NCBI GenBank assembly: GCA_014360755.1
Contig: JACIWX010000004.1
Location: 13,172-77,171 of the forward strand
Direction of reading: 5' to 3'
DNA length: 64,000 nucleotides
Source: Chloroflexota bacterium
Lineage (GTDB): Bacteria > Chloroflexota > Anaerolineae > UBA2200
Shown in pieces: positions 19,613 through 28,432 of this stretch (positions are counted from its first letter, which is position 1; every line of letters begins with the position of its first letter). A program made the translations under genes and the position numbers. Below the pieces are notes generated by a model. The model saw only the letters and a list, made by a program, of their open reading frames with translations, searched no databases and was not told the DNA's origin.

Positions 19613-20586
19613 TCACGACAAATACCTGCCAGTTTTTGGCTGAGCATCCGCAGATGAAGTACCTCTTTTTTGGTGGAAAGGGCGGCGTTGGCAAGACAGT
19701 GATGGCTGGAGCGGCAGCCCTATGGATGGCTCGCCAAGGGAAGCGAACTTTATTGGCTTCGACAAACCCCGTGCACTCCCTTAGCAGTTTGCTGGATCAG
19801 GATGTTTTTGGGAAGCCCACCCCGGTGAAAGGGGTGCCTAATCTCTGGGCATACGAGATCGATACCAAAGACACCATCGCCAAGTCGAAAGTGGAACTTA
19901 CACAGAAAATTGAGTGGTTTCTGCGTTATGCAGACATCAAAACCAAAGCGGATGAGTTTGTTGAGTCAGCCACAATGAACCCCGCCTTTGAAGAGTCGGC
20001 AATGTTTGAGAATATGATTGACCTCATGTTTGAGGACAAGTACGAAGCCTATGTTTTCGATACCGCCCCAACAGCCAATGCCAGGCGTCTTCTGGGCATG
20101 TCCAGCGTCTATTCGATGTGGGTAAATAAGATGTTACAGAGCCGTGAAGAGGCCAGGTCGCTGAAGGAGCTCCTCTCCTATAGCAAGAAAAAAGAGGAGA
20201 AGGACCCGCTGATGGAGTATCTAGTCAATCTCCGTTTGCGTATGGAGCGGGCCAAAAAGCTGCTTACAGATGACCAAAAAACGGCTTTCTTCTTTATCAC
20301 CTTGCCTGAAGCACTGCCTATTGCCGTCATCAAGCGTTTCATTAACTGGTTCAAAGATTTTGGCATCCCTGTGGGCGGCGTCATTGTCAACATGTTGATT
20401 GATAAAGAGTCTGTGGGGCCCGATGCACCAGAATTCGTGCGCAACCGCGTCCTGATGCAGGAGCGCTACATGGAGGAAATCTGGCGCAGTTTCCCGAACG
20501 TCTGCGCGCTGGTGCCTCTCTTCGAGACAGAGGTGCGGGGCGTGCCGATGCTAGAGCGCGTGGCAGAACGAGTTTTTGCTCGCTGA
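19609..20586 (+). CDS. ArsA/Get3-family P-loop ATPase, copy 2
   Basis: GGKGGVGKTV and NPVHSLSS. The switch II region reads FDTAPTANARRLL. The ATG overlaps the stop of copy 1 (ATGA). Confidence 0.85.
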   Translation: MITTNTCQFLAEHPQMKYLFFGGKGGVGKTVMAGAAALWMARQGKRTLLASTNPVHSLSSLLDQDVFGKPTPVKGVPNLWAYEIDTKDTIAKSKVELTQKIEWFLRYADIKTKADEFVESATMNPAFEESAMFENMIDLMFEDKYEAYVFDTAPTANARRLLGMSSVYSMWVNKMLQSREEARSLKELLSYSKKKEEKDPLMEYLVNLRLRMERAKKLLTDDQKTAFFFITLPEALPIAVIKRFINWFKDFGIPVGGVIVNMLIDKESVGPDAPEFVRNRVLMQERYMEEIWRSFPNVCALVPLFETEVRGVPMLERVAERVFAR

Positions 20587-20670
20587 GCATTTGGCCTCTG
20601 TCTTTCTCCCAGCAAATGTGCCACTTTCTGGATAAAGGTATTGCTTTTCTGCGGACTCAATGGGGTGTAG

Positions 20671-21267
20671 GTGCAGATGAATCCGTATGTGCTGCTTGTA
20701 TTGGTGGCATTGTTGTTCATTTTAGGCTTTGGCGGCCTGTCATGGCTACGAGGCGAGGGGTTGCCTGGCCGCTTTGCCTGGGAAGTGCTTGCCTTTACCG
20801 GTGTTACGCTTTTGGTAGCCTGGGTAATGCAAGTGCCTATTTCCCCTGTTTTGTTCCTGGTTTTGGTGTACCTCTTTACTATGCGGGCGCGGTTGTTGAT
20901 CGACGTGGGCAACCTCTTGTCGACACGGGGGTCCTATGCGCAGGCGTTGTCCCTTTTCCATCTAGCCTTGCGCCTGGACAGTGATGCTTTTAGCCAAGCC
21001 ATTGGACGTATCAATATCGGTGTTGTTTTGATACGGCAAAAGCGCTTTGAGGAAGCTATCGCGCTGCTGAGTGACGTGTTAGCCCATATACCTCGTGGTG
21101 GGCCAAAATATGAAGCAGCTTGTCGCTATAACCTGGGCATGGCTTATCTTCGCACCGGTCAGGAGGTGAAGGCTGTAGAACAGTTCAATGAAGTCATCCA
21201 GCTATTACCGCACTCCATCTACGCACGAAGCGCAGAGGCGATGCTCCAGAGGCGGGGCAGGAAATAA
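20671..21267 (+). CDS. Membrane-anchored tetratricopeptide-repeat protein
   Basis: Three N-terminal hydrophobic helices followed by TPR-like repeats (AQALSLFHLALRLD, EEAIALLSDVL, YNLGMAYLRTGQEVKAVEQFNEVIQL). Confidence 0.6.
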   Translation: MQMNPYVLLVLVALLFILGFGGLSWLRGEGLPGRFAWEVLAFTGVTLLVAWVMQVPISPVLFLVLVYLFTMRARLLIDVGNLLSTRGSYAQALSLFHLALRLDSDAFSQAIGRINIGVVLIRQKRFEEAIALLSDVLAHIPRGGPKYEAACRYNLGMAYLRTGQEVKAVEQFNEVIQLLPHSIYARSAEAMLQRRGRK

Positions 21268-21323
21268 GGAAACGCAGAACAAGATTATTGTGCCAGGCAG
21301 AAACGAGCTCGTATATTCTAGTC

Positions 21324-21725
21324 TTATACTGTCACTGGTTGCGGTACTTGCGGAAGGAGGACAAGTAGCAGTGGCAAGAATGCGAACAGCAGGAGCACAG
21401 ACGGCAGAACTTGTCGTAAGGGTTTGATCCCCCTTGTTCTAATATCTCTCAACAGCAGCATGACAGATGCAAGCCAGGAAAAGCACAGCGAAACAGACAG
21501 CGGTTTTCTACGTACGTCCCCAGGGTCTAGCAGGATCAGGATTGAGAGCAAGGCTAATGTCACAGTAGCAGCTACTTGCAAGAGCTCACCAGCATCAAGC
21601 AGACGCTCGTGTACCTTGACAGGGGACTGGTCAATATCCTGTCTAGTCCTCAGCTTCTGTTTAGGGCTGGCTCCTGTCGCAAGATCTTGACACGAGGCAA
21701 TAGAGTTTCCTGGTTTTCCCTTCAC
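21324..21725 (-). CDS. Hypothetical small membrane protein (weak call)
   Basis: GTG start with AAGGTGA upstream and three hydrophobic stretches. No recognisable family; it lies in a 650-bp otherwise non-coding gap. Confidence 0.3.
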   Translation of the reverse strand: MKGKPGNSIASCQDLATGASPKQKLRTRQDIDQSPVKVHERLLDAGELLQVAATVTLALLSILILLDPGDVRRKPLSVSLCFSWLASVMLLLRDIRTRGIKPLRQVLPSVLLLFAFLPLLLVLLPQVPQPVTV

Positions 21726-21840
21726 CTAGATCACCTTCTGCTGAGTAGTTCTGCTTATTATAATTATAGCTCCGAATTGCAATCCGTGCAAATTCACGGC
21801 CTGACCCACAAGTAGTAGTGGTATACCCTGATTAGGCTAC

Positions 21841-21869
21841 TAGACATTGCGTGTATTTGTAAGTAAAAT
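21841..21869 (+). promoter_or_regulatory. Candidate promoter for the beta-hydroxyacid dehydrogenase gene
   Basis: TAGACA, 17 nt, TAAAAT, about 55 nt upstream of the ATG at 21926. Confidence 0.35.
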
Positions 21870-21925
21870 TCATCGCAACTGGGGCCGCTAGAGCGTCTCC
21901 GACCAAAGATCAGGCGGAGGAGAGG

Positions 21926-22831
21926 ATGGAACGGAAAGTCATTGGCTTCATCGGTTTGGGGATTATGGGTGCACCCATGGCAACCAATTTGCTGCGCGGT
22001 GGGCATCCATTGGTTGTCTATAACCGCACGCCAGCGAAAATGCAGCCTCTGCTGGCGCTGGGCGCAGAGGCAGGCCAATCCTGCCAGGATGTAGCAGCAC
22101 GCAGTGAAGTGGTCATCTCCATGGTTTCCGATTCGCCAGATGTAGAGCAGGTTTACCTTGGTGCGGAAGGCGTGCTGGCGGGAGCGAAGCCTGGCACCTT
22201 GCTGATTGATATGTCCACCATCTCGCCGGTGACAGCGGTCAAGGTGGCTAAGGCAGCAAGTGAAAAGGGCTGCCCTATGCTCGACGCACCCGTTTCCGGT
22301 GGGGATGTAGGAGCGAGGAATGCCACGCTTGCCATTATGGTTGGCGGTGACCGAGAAGTTTTTGAGCGCGCCAAGCCTATTTTCGAACTGATGGGCAAGC
22401 CCGTCTACTGCGGGCCCTCCGGTGCGGGGCAGATTGTCAAAGCATGCAATCAGATCGCCACCGCGCTGCACATGATCGCCATGGCCGAGGCTCTTGTCCT
22501 GGGTGCCAAGGCAGGCGTTGACCCAGCCATTGTGCTGAAAGTACTCAGTGGCGGATTTGCGCAATCCCGTGTGATGGACGTGCGTGGCCCACGGGTCATC
22601 CAAGGCGACTTCCAGCCTGGATTTCGCAGTCGTTTGCACTATAAGGATCTGAATATTGTCCTGGAAACAGCACGGGCATACCAATGTAGTTTGCCGGCAT
22701 CGGCTTTAGCCCATGAGTTATTCGGCGCCATGCAAGCACAGGGCTGGGGCGAGCTCGACCATTCAGCCATTATTCAAGTGATCGAATCGCTTTCAAACGT
22801 GAAGGTGAGGAGCAGGAGAAATAACGAGTGA
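21926..22831 (+). CDS. NAD(P)-dependent beta-hydroxyacid dehydrogenase (GarR / 3-hydroxyisobutyrate dehydrogenase family)
   Basis: IGFIGLGIMGAPMATNL Rossmann motif, DAPVSGG and GAGQIVKACNQ. Confidence 0.88.
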   Translation: MERKVIGFIGLGIMGAPMATNLLRGGHPLVVYNRTPAKMQPLLALGAEAGQSCQDVAARSEVVISMVSDSPDVEQVYLGAEGVLAGAKPGTLLIDMSTISPVTAVKVAKAASEKGCPMLDAPVSGGDVGARNATLAIMVGGDREVFERAKPIFELMGKPVYCGPSGAGQIVKACNQIATALHMIAMAEALVLGAKAGVDPAIVLKVLSGGFAQSRVMDVRGPRVIQGDFQPGFRSRLHYKDLNIVLETARAYQCSLPASALAHELFGAMQAQGWGELDHSAIIQVIESLSNVKVRSRRNNE

Positions 22832-22918
22832 TCAGCGATGTGCAACGCCAGGAGAGTTAGGGGCAAAGAAACCTATGGAATGACCGTCTTTGCCCAATTT
22901 ATAGTGCTTGCTCTAGCA

Positions 22919-22952
22919 TAGAACCCCGTTTTCACAGGGAAAACGGGGTTCT
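22919..22952. terminator. Hairpin between convergent genes (bidirectional terminator candidate)
   Basis: agaaccccgttttc-acag-ggaaaacggggttct gives a 13-14 bp stem; it is flanked by A/T-rich sequence. Confidence 0.6.
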
Positions 22953-22980
22953 ATTTCCTGCCTTCCTATGCGAAGTGAAA

Positions 22981-23370
22981 TTATAGTTTGATCTCCTTGG
23001 AACTTTCCCACAGCCCATGGATGTTGCAGAAGGACAGCGCAATGAGTGTGCCGGGGTTGTTCACCTTCATGGAGAATTGTGCCTCGTGGTTGGTATACAC
23101 TGGCCCCTGATTGGCGCCTTTCACCGATTCTCCGTGGGCGCTGAATTCAAAGTGCCCTACCTGGTAAATGAATTTGTCCCCTTCTGGTTGAAAGTAGACG
23201 TCAATCCAGCGGATGTGATGCTCCGTGGTATTCGGGTGCGCGATCTCCTTACCAACACTGACCTTGACGGTGAACATCTTGTCTGCTTCAACTCGATCAG
23301 GACATTCAATCACCGGCACATGTTTTTCTGCTTTCCAATCGGCGGACTGGATCCTCTCACCTAGTTTCAT
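22981..23370 (-). CDS. Superoxide reductase (1Fe neelaredoxin-type, desulfoferrodoxin family)
   Basis: KHVPVIE, HPNTTEHHIRWI and CNIHGLWES are iron-ligand motifs. No N-terminal desulforedoxin domain. Confidence 0.88.
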   Translation of the reverse strand: MKLGERIQSADWKAEKHVPVIECPDRVEADKMFTVKVSVGKEIAHPNTTEHHIRWIDVYFQPEGDKFIYQVGHFEFSAHGESVKGANQGPVYTNHEAQFSMKVNNPGTLIALSFCNIHGLWESSKEIKL

Positions 23371-23385
23371 CGCTGATCTCCTCCC

Positions 23386-23547
23386 TCAGTTAATGGGCTC
23401 AAATTCGTCTTTCCCCGCCCCACATTCTGGACAGACCCAGTCATCGGGCAGGTCTTCAAATGCTGTTCCCGGTGGAACGCCGTTATCGGGGTCGCCTTTT
23501 GCCGGGTCATAGATGTATCCGCATACCTGACATTCCCACTTTTTCAT
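23386..23547 (-). CDS. Rubredoxin
   Basis: CQVCGYIY ... CPECGAG are the two CxxCG knuckles. GAGGAGG Shine-Dalgarno before the MKKWEC start; the ORF track start at 23580 is rejected. Confidence 0.93.
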   Translation of the reverse strand: MKKWECQVCGYIYDPAKGDPDNGVPPGTAFEDLPDDWVCPECGAGKDEFEPIN

Positions 23548-23719
23548 AGACGCCTCCTCGCGCAGGATATTTGCTGGCAATTATGCTCCAATTTGTCCAA
23601 ATTGTCAAAATAGCAAGAAGTTCACTTTCTGGGCAAATATTGCAGAGAACAAGTTCCCTGGCTGAATAGCGGCAAGTTGGCCGAGATGAGCCAGGAATTT
23701 TCAATCCCTGGTGAGCCGG

Positions 23720-24721
23720 CTAGCGTGAAACAGTGCTCGCCATCCTAGCAGCCAATTTCAATGCTTCGATCATGCTAGTTGGCTGGGCAGTCCCCTTGCC
23801 TGCCTTGTCAAAGGCAGTGCCATGGTCAACCGAGGTACGGATAATGGGCAGACCCAGCGTAACATTCACGCCTTGCTCAAAAGCCAGGACTTTGACCGGA
23901 ATGTGCCCTTGGTCGTGGTACATAGCCACCACCGCATCGAATTGGCCTTCTTTCATGCGGTAGAAGACAGTATCTGGGGAGATGGGCCCACTCACATCCA
24001 TGCCTTGTGCCCGCGCCACCTCGACCGCCGGGCGGATTTCCCGTTCCTCTTCATCGCCAAAAAGCCCGCTTTCACCAGCATGTGGGTTGAGCCCGGCCAC
24101 CGCCAAACGCGGCTGGGCAATACCCAGCCGTTGCAAGGCATCATGTGTCAAGCGGGTCACTTCCACGATGCGCTCTTTTTTCACCCAATGGATGGCTTCG
24201 CGCAAGGGTATATGCGTGCTGACATGGCTCACGCGGAAATCCCCCGCAACCAGCAGCATCGTAACGCTTTTGACCCCGCATAGGTGGGCTAAGAGTTCCG
24301 TATGGCCTGCAAAATGGTGCCCTGCCAGGTTCAATGCTTCTTTGTGTAAGGCAGAGGTAACGATAGCAGCGATCTCTCCCGCCAGTGCCAATTCAACGGC
24401 TTTCACCACGCACTCGTATGCAGCCTGGCCTGTCATGGCATCTACTTTGGCATACTCCAAGCGGCTCAGGTCAATGTTGTGTAGGTCAATGACCTCGATG
24501 ACGTCCGCGTCGAAAGTCGCCTCGCTCACACGGTGGATAGCACGGATCGGGACACTACTGCCCACAATCCGTGCCGCCTGACGGAATGCCGCCGCATCGC
24601 CAATCACGATAGGGCGGCAAAGGCCGCGTACCTGGGATTGCGTGAGAGCCTTCACCACGATTTCTGGCCCAGCCCCACTGGCATCCCCCATTGTAACGCC
24701 TAGAATGGGTTTCTCTTTCAT
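23720..24721 (-). CDS. PdxA-family NAD-dependent 4-phospho-hydroxyacid dehydrogenase (PdxA2-like by context)
   Basis: GVTMGDASGAGPEI, HAGESGLFG, MYHDQGHIP and IRTSVDHGTAFD. The ATG at 24721 overlaps the stop of the upstream kinase (ATGA). Confidence 0.88.
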   Translation of the reverse strand: MKEKPILGVTMGDASGAGPEIVVKALTQSQVRGLCRPIVIGDAAAFRQAARIVGSSVPIRAIHRVSEATFDADVIEVIDLHNIDLSRLEYAKVDAMTGQAAYECVVKAVELALAGEIAAIVTSALHKEALNLAGHHFAGHTELLAHLCGVKSVTMLLVAGDFRVSHVSTHIPLREAIHWVKKERIVEVTRLTHDALQRLGIAQPRLAVAGLNPHAGESGLFGDEEEREIRPAVEVARAQGMDVSGPISPDTVFYRMKEGQFDAVVAMYHDQGHIPVKVLAFEQGVNVTLGLPIIRTSVDHGTAFDKAGKGTAQPTSMIEALKLAARMASTVSR

Positions 24722-25926
24722 GGCAACCTTCCCTGAATGCACTCTATACATCGCAGGATGGCTGTCTCATCCCCAAACGCACCCGCTTTGGTCACGATGC
24801 GCACGCCATCAGATAATCCGCCTACCAACGTTCCAGCGGGCACGCCGGCCTCTACTTCGCCGTGGATTTGGAGCGCTTTTGCCTCCAAAGCTCGGCACAG
24901 CGCACGGGCTATGTCCCCGCCGGTCACGACAAACCCAGCCAAGGATGAAAGGGCCCAAGCCTTTGCTGCTGCTTGGGCTAGCGCCTCAGCGATCACTTTT
25001 TCTTTTCCGCTCTGGTGCTCAGAAAAAGCCGTGGTCAAGGCTACATGGTGTCCTCGATTCAGCCGAGGAATCACTTCTGCCTGTATTTTCTGCGCCCAAT
25101 CCTCCCCGGCTGGCAAATGGATCAGATACACGTTGTTGCCCGAAGCAGCGCGCTGCAATTGACGCAGCGTCGCAGGGTGGCGGCTGCCAGCCACCACCAA
25201 CACCGGTCGGGAATCAGGGCACCAATGAAACGGCGCGTGGTCTGGCCGTGCCCATCCCAAAGCCTGTGGCCATTCCTCTGCCCAGCCAGCCGATCCACAT
25301 GGCAGCCACTGCTCCGCCATGCGGGTTAACACCCGTGCCAGTATACGTAGGTGCCTTTGTTCAGCAGCGTCGGCTGCCACAATGGAAGCTGGTTCATTCC
25401 TCAGTGCACGGATGACTGCTTGTTCCCCTTCCTCTATCACGGACAGTGGCAGATATCCAACGGAGCGGTGAGTTTGTCGCGACAGCACAGTAGGTAGGTG
25501 CGACTCGGTGGCTGGCCACAGGGGATCGTGGGCAAAGGCACTTTCGCTCAGCAATACGCCATCCACACGGTGATAGCCATCCACTGTCGTACGGCCCGCA
25601 GCGGGAAAGGCAGGCGCAACCAGCGCTCTTTGCCAACCTAACTCATCCAATGCTCCTTCTAATTCTGGGCCGATGTTCCCACGCAGATTGGAATCAATCT
25701 TCTTGTAGATAAAGCGCCCGTGCAATCGCTTGGCAGCTTGTCTTGCCCGGCGGTATGCTTCCCCAGCAGGCTCATCCCGGCTGTCGGTGCTGAGCGCTAC
25801 GACTTCGGCTGAAGGCTGTTCCTGATCGCTCAGCAGGACCAGTGTGTGCAATCCCTGTTTGGCAAATTGCGCGCCTGTATCCATGGCACCGGTCAGGTCA
25901 TCGGCAATAACGCCCAGTTGGATCAT
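24718..25926 (-). CDS. Four-carbon acid-sugar kinase (DUF1537, YgbK/OtnK/DtnK family)
   Basis: The N-terminal GVIADDLTGAMDTGAQF motif is diagnostic of DUF1537; C-terminal VTGGDIA and VTKAGAFG. Confidence 0.85.
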   Translation of the reverse strand: MIQLGVIADDLTGAMDTGAQFAKQGLHTLVLLSDQEQPSAEVVALSTDSRDEPAGEAYRRARQAAKRLHGRFIYKKIDSNLRGNIGPELEGALDELGWQRALVAPAFPAAGRTTVDGYHRVDGVLLSESAFAHDPLWPATESHLPTVLSRQTHRSVGYLPLSVIEEGEQAVIRALRNEPASIVAADAAEQRHLRILARVLTRMAEQWLPCGSAGWAEEWPQALGWARPDHAPFHWCPDSRPVLVVAGSRHPATLRQLQRAASGNNVYLIHLPAGEDWAQKIQAEVIPRLNRGHHVALTTAFSEHQSGKEKVIAEALAQAAAKAWALSSLAGFVVTGGDIARALCRALEAKALQIHGEVEAGVPAGTLVGGLSDGVRIVTKAGAFGDETAILRCIECIQGRLP

Positions 25927-26009
25927 TTATCTTCGCTTGCCCCTACAGGCTACAATCTCAGCAAGGTTTCTCCCTACCGACTGTAGGATGATGCAACTTG
26001 CATCGTTTG

Positions 26010-26804
26010 TCAAATGCTGGTATCCATAGCAAATCCCAGCACGCGCTCAAAGCGGCGCAGCACCTTGAGCAAAGGGGTGCCGAGAGAAAGAATAAGTACG
26101 GCATTGCCTGCCGCACGCCATGCATCCCACCATAAAGATGTGGCCAGATAGAAGACGGCGTAGCGCTTGATTGCCTCACGGAATGGCAGCCCTGTTTCCC
26201 AAGCCTGTCCGGGGGACACTTGCGCTGTGGAGATATAGGGCCAGAACCAGAGGTTCATGATCGCACCAAAGATGAATCCCCACAGGGCAGTCCAGGCAGC
26301 CAGCATGAGCAATTCGGCGATCCTCCATCGGCGTAGATCGGGCAGCCAACCCGAGGTTAATCCCATCCAGCCGGCGGTGAACATCTGGTAAGGAAGCCAT
26401 GGTCCCACGCCCCCGCCAATCAGCGCGGAAACCAGGAGCGATAGCACACCCACCAGGAAGCCCAATGTGCTACCATATACATAGCCGCAGAGTACAAGGA
26501 GGAAAAAGATCGCTGAAAAGCCGCCAGGCCCGGGGATAGTGCGCAGGATGGCATTCACTGCGCTCAGTACGCCAAGCACGGCGATCGTCCTAGCGCTCAT
26601 CTGGCGGCTGGTCAGGTTGGCGACGATGATGACCACGCACAATAAGGTCAGGATCAAGGTGACAGAGGGCGCGTCCTGAGCGTGCGCTATGGCAAAGGGG
26701 CTACCGCCTGTCGTTGGAGTGAAAAAAGGATAGGCAAAAGCGGCGATGCCAGTGAGGGTGGCGAGTATCAGGATGGCAGAATTCACCCATTGCCCCCATT
26801 TCAT
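26010..26804 (-). CDS. Putative ECF-transporter substrate-capture (S) component
   Basis: 264 aa and polytopic. It is the last gene of the ECF module and overlaps the ATPase gene by 4 nt. No family motif recognised. Confidence 0.5.
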   Translation of the reverse strand: MKWGQWVNSAILILATLTGIAAFAYPFFTPTTGGSPFAIAHAQDAPSVTLILTLLCVVIIVANLTSRQMSARTIAVLGVLSAVNAILRTIPGPGGFSAIFFLLVLCGYVYGSTLGFLVGVLSLLVSALIGGGVGPWLPYQMFTAGWMGLTSGWLPDLRRWRIAELLMLAAWTALWGFIFGAIMNLWFWPYISTAQVSPGQAWETGLPFREAIKRYAVFYLATSLWWDAWRAAGNAVLILSLGTPLLKVLRRFERVLGFAMDTSI

Positions 26805-28429
26805 CTTCCCAGAGCCTCCAGGACGTCCTTTACGGTGAGCAGGCGAGGATCGCGGAACAATTTGTTCACCTGTGAAGCAAAGACCAGCGACTGGCTCATT
26901 ACTTCGCGCGTTGGCCCATCTACTGCTACCTGGCCTTCGCTGAGGATGACCACGCGGTGTGCGCAGGCGGCGGCCAGTTCTACATCGTGCGTGGCAAGAA
27001 TGACAGTACGGCCTTGTTCTGTCTGGGCGCGCAGAAAATCAGCCAATGCCTGCTTCTCCACGGGGTCAAGCCCACGTGTCGGTTCATCAAGCAGCAAAGT
27101 AGGAGGCTCAGCAACGAGGATCGCAGCGATTGCTACGCGTTGCCGCTGGCCAACGCTCAGCTCGCGCGGATACAGTTCAGCCAGTTGGGTTAGTCCCAGC
27201 TTTTCCAACCAGGACTGTACTCCTGCTAAGGATAGTGCGTGGGCACGACGCGTGAATTCCAGTTCTTGGCGAACGGTATCGGCAAAAAGTAAAGTGCTTG
27301 GGTCTTGGGGGACATAGCCCACATAGCGGATGAGGGTTTCCAACGATGTCCGGCGTGTATCCTGTCCGTGCACCACGACATAGCCGCGCTTGGGCTGCAA
27401 AAGTCCCACGAGGTGCTTCAACAAAGTGGTTTTGCCCGATCCATTGCGTCCCATGAGCGCGATCAACTCACCCTCTCCGGCGCGCAAGGAGACCCGGCGC
27501 AGTGCCTCCACGCCATTGTAATTGAACCACACCTCGTGCGCTTCAACATGCACGGGGTTGTATTCGCGTCGCAACCCTGGCTGGTGAGTCTCACGAGGCA
27601 AAGCACGCTGCATGTCCATTTGGCTGATGAAAGGACGTGCTTCTTTGATAGTCAAGGGCAGAGGTTGCCAATGGAATGCCTTAGCCAGTTGCACCAGAGG
27701 AGGCGCAAAGGGAACTTGGGGCAGTACTTCTTCCGCCTTGCCCAGCATTGGCTGGCTACCTAGTGCAGGAAGATAGATGATCTGGTCTGCGTATTGCACG
27801 ACCCGTTCCAGACGGTGTTCTGAGAGCACAACCGTCAAGCCCAGGTCTTGGTTCAGATGGCGTAGCGTAGTCAGCACTTCTTCTGCCGCCTGAGGGTCGA
27901 GTTGTGAAGTTGGCTCATCCAGTACGAGCACTTTGGGCTGCAGCGTGAGCACAGAACCGATGGCAACGCGTTGCTTTTCGCCCGCCGAAAGGCTGCTAAT
28001 CCGCCGCTGACGCAGGTGCGCAATGCCCAGTTGATCCAGTACTTCTTCCACGCGCTTGCGCATTACCGTCTGTGGAAGCCCTTGGTTCTCCATGCCAAAG
28101 GCTAGTTCATCCTCTACTGTGTCTACCACGAACTGCGCTTCTGGATCCTGCTGCACCAAGCCAACGATAGGGCTCATCCGATGGGGGCCTTCCGCGATGG
28201 GATCGTGGCCTGCCACCGTGATCTTCCCGGCAATGCGTCCGCCACTGAAATGGGGCACCAGTCCGTTCAGTGTACGCAACAGGGTAGATTTGCCAGCGCC
28301 AGAGGGCCCAATGACCAGAACAAAATCCCCCTCTTGGATGGCCACGTTCACTTGGTTCAATGCAGGGCGATCACTATGCGGATAATGAAAAGTTACGTTC
28401 TGTAGTCTAATTAACGGTGTATGCATCAA
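26801..28429 (-). CDS. ECF transporter ATPase, fused EcfA-EcfA' (two ABC domains)
   Basis: Walker A GPSGAGKST and GRNGSGKTT; signatures LSAGEKQRV and LSVGQRQRV; Walker B LVLDEPTS and LLLDEPT. Confidence 0.92.
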   Translation of the reverse strand: MMHTPLIRLQNVTFHYPHSDRPALNQVNVAIQEGDFVLVIGPSGAGKSTLLRTLNGLVPHFSGGRIAGKITVAGHDPIAEGPHRMSPIVGLVQQDPEAQFVVDTVEDELAFGMENQGLPQTVMRKRVEEVLDQLGIAHLRQRRISSLSAGEKQRVAIGSVLTLQPKVLVLDEPTSQLDPQAAEEVLTTLRHLNQDLGLTVVLSEHRLERVVQYADQIIYLPALGSQPMLGKAEEVLPQVPFAPPLVQLAKAFHWQPLPLTIKEARPFISQMDMQRALPRETHQPGLRREYNPVHVEAHEVWFNYNGVEALRRVSLRAGEGELIALMGRNGSGKTTLLKHLVGLLQPKRGYVVVHGQDTRRTSLETLIRYVGYVPQDPSTLLFADTVRQELEFTRRAHALSLAGVQSWLEKLGLTQLAELYPRELSVGQRQRVAIAAILVAEPPTLLLDEPTRGLDPVEKQALADFLRAQTEQGRTVILATHDVELAAACAHRVVILSEGQVAVDGPTREVMSQSLVFASQVNKLFRDPRLLTVKDVLEALGR

Positions 28430-28432
28430 TCC

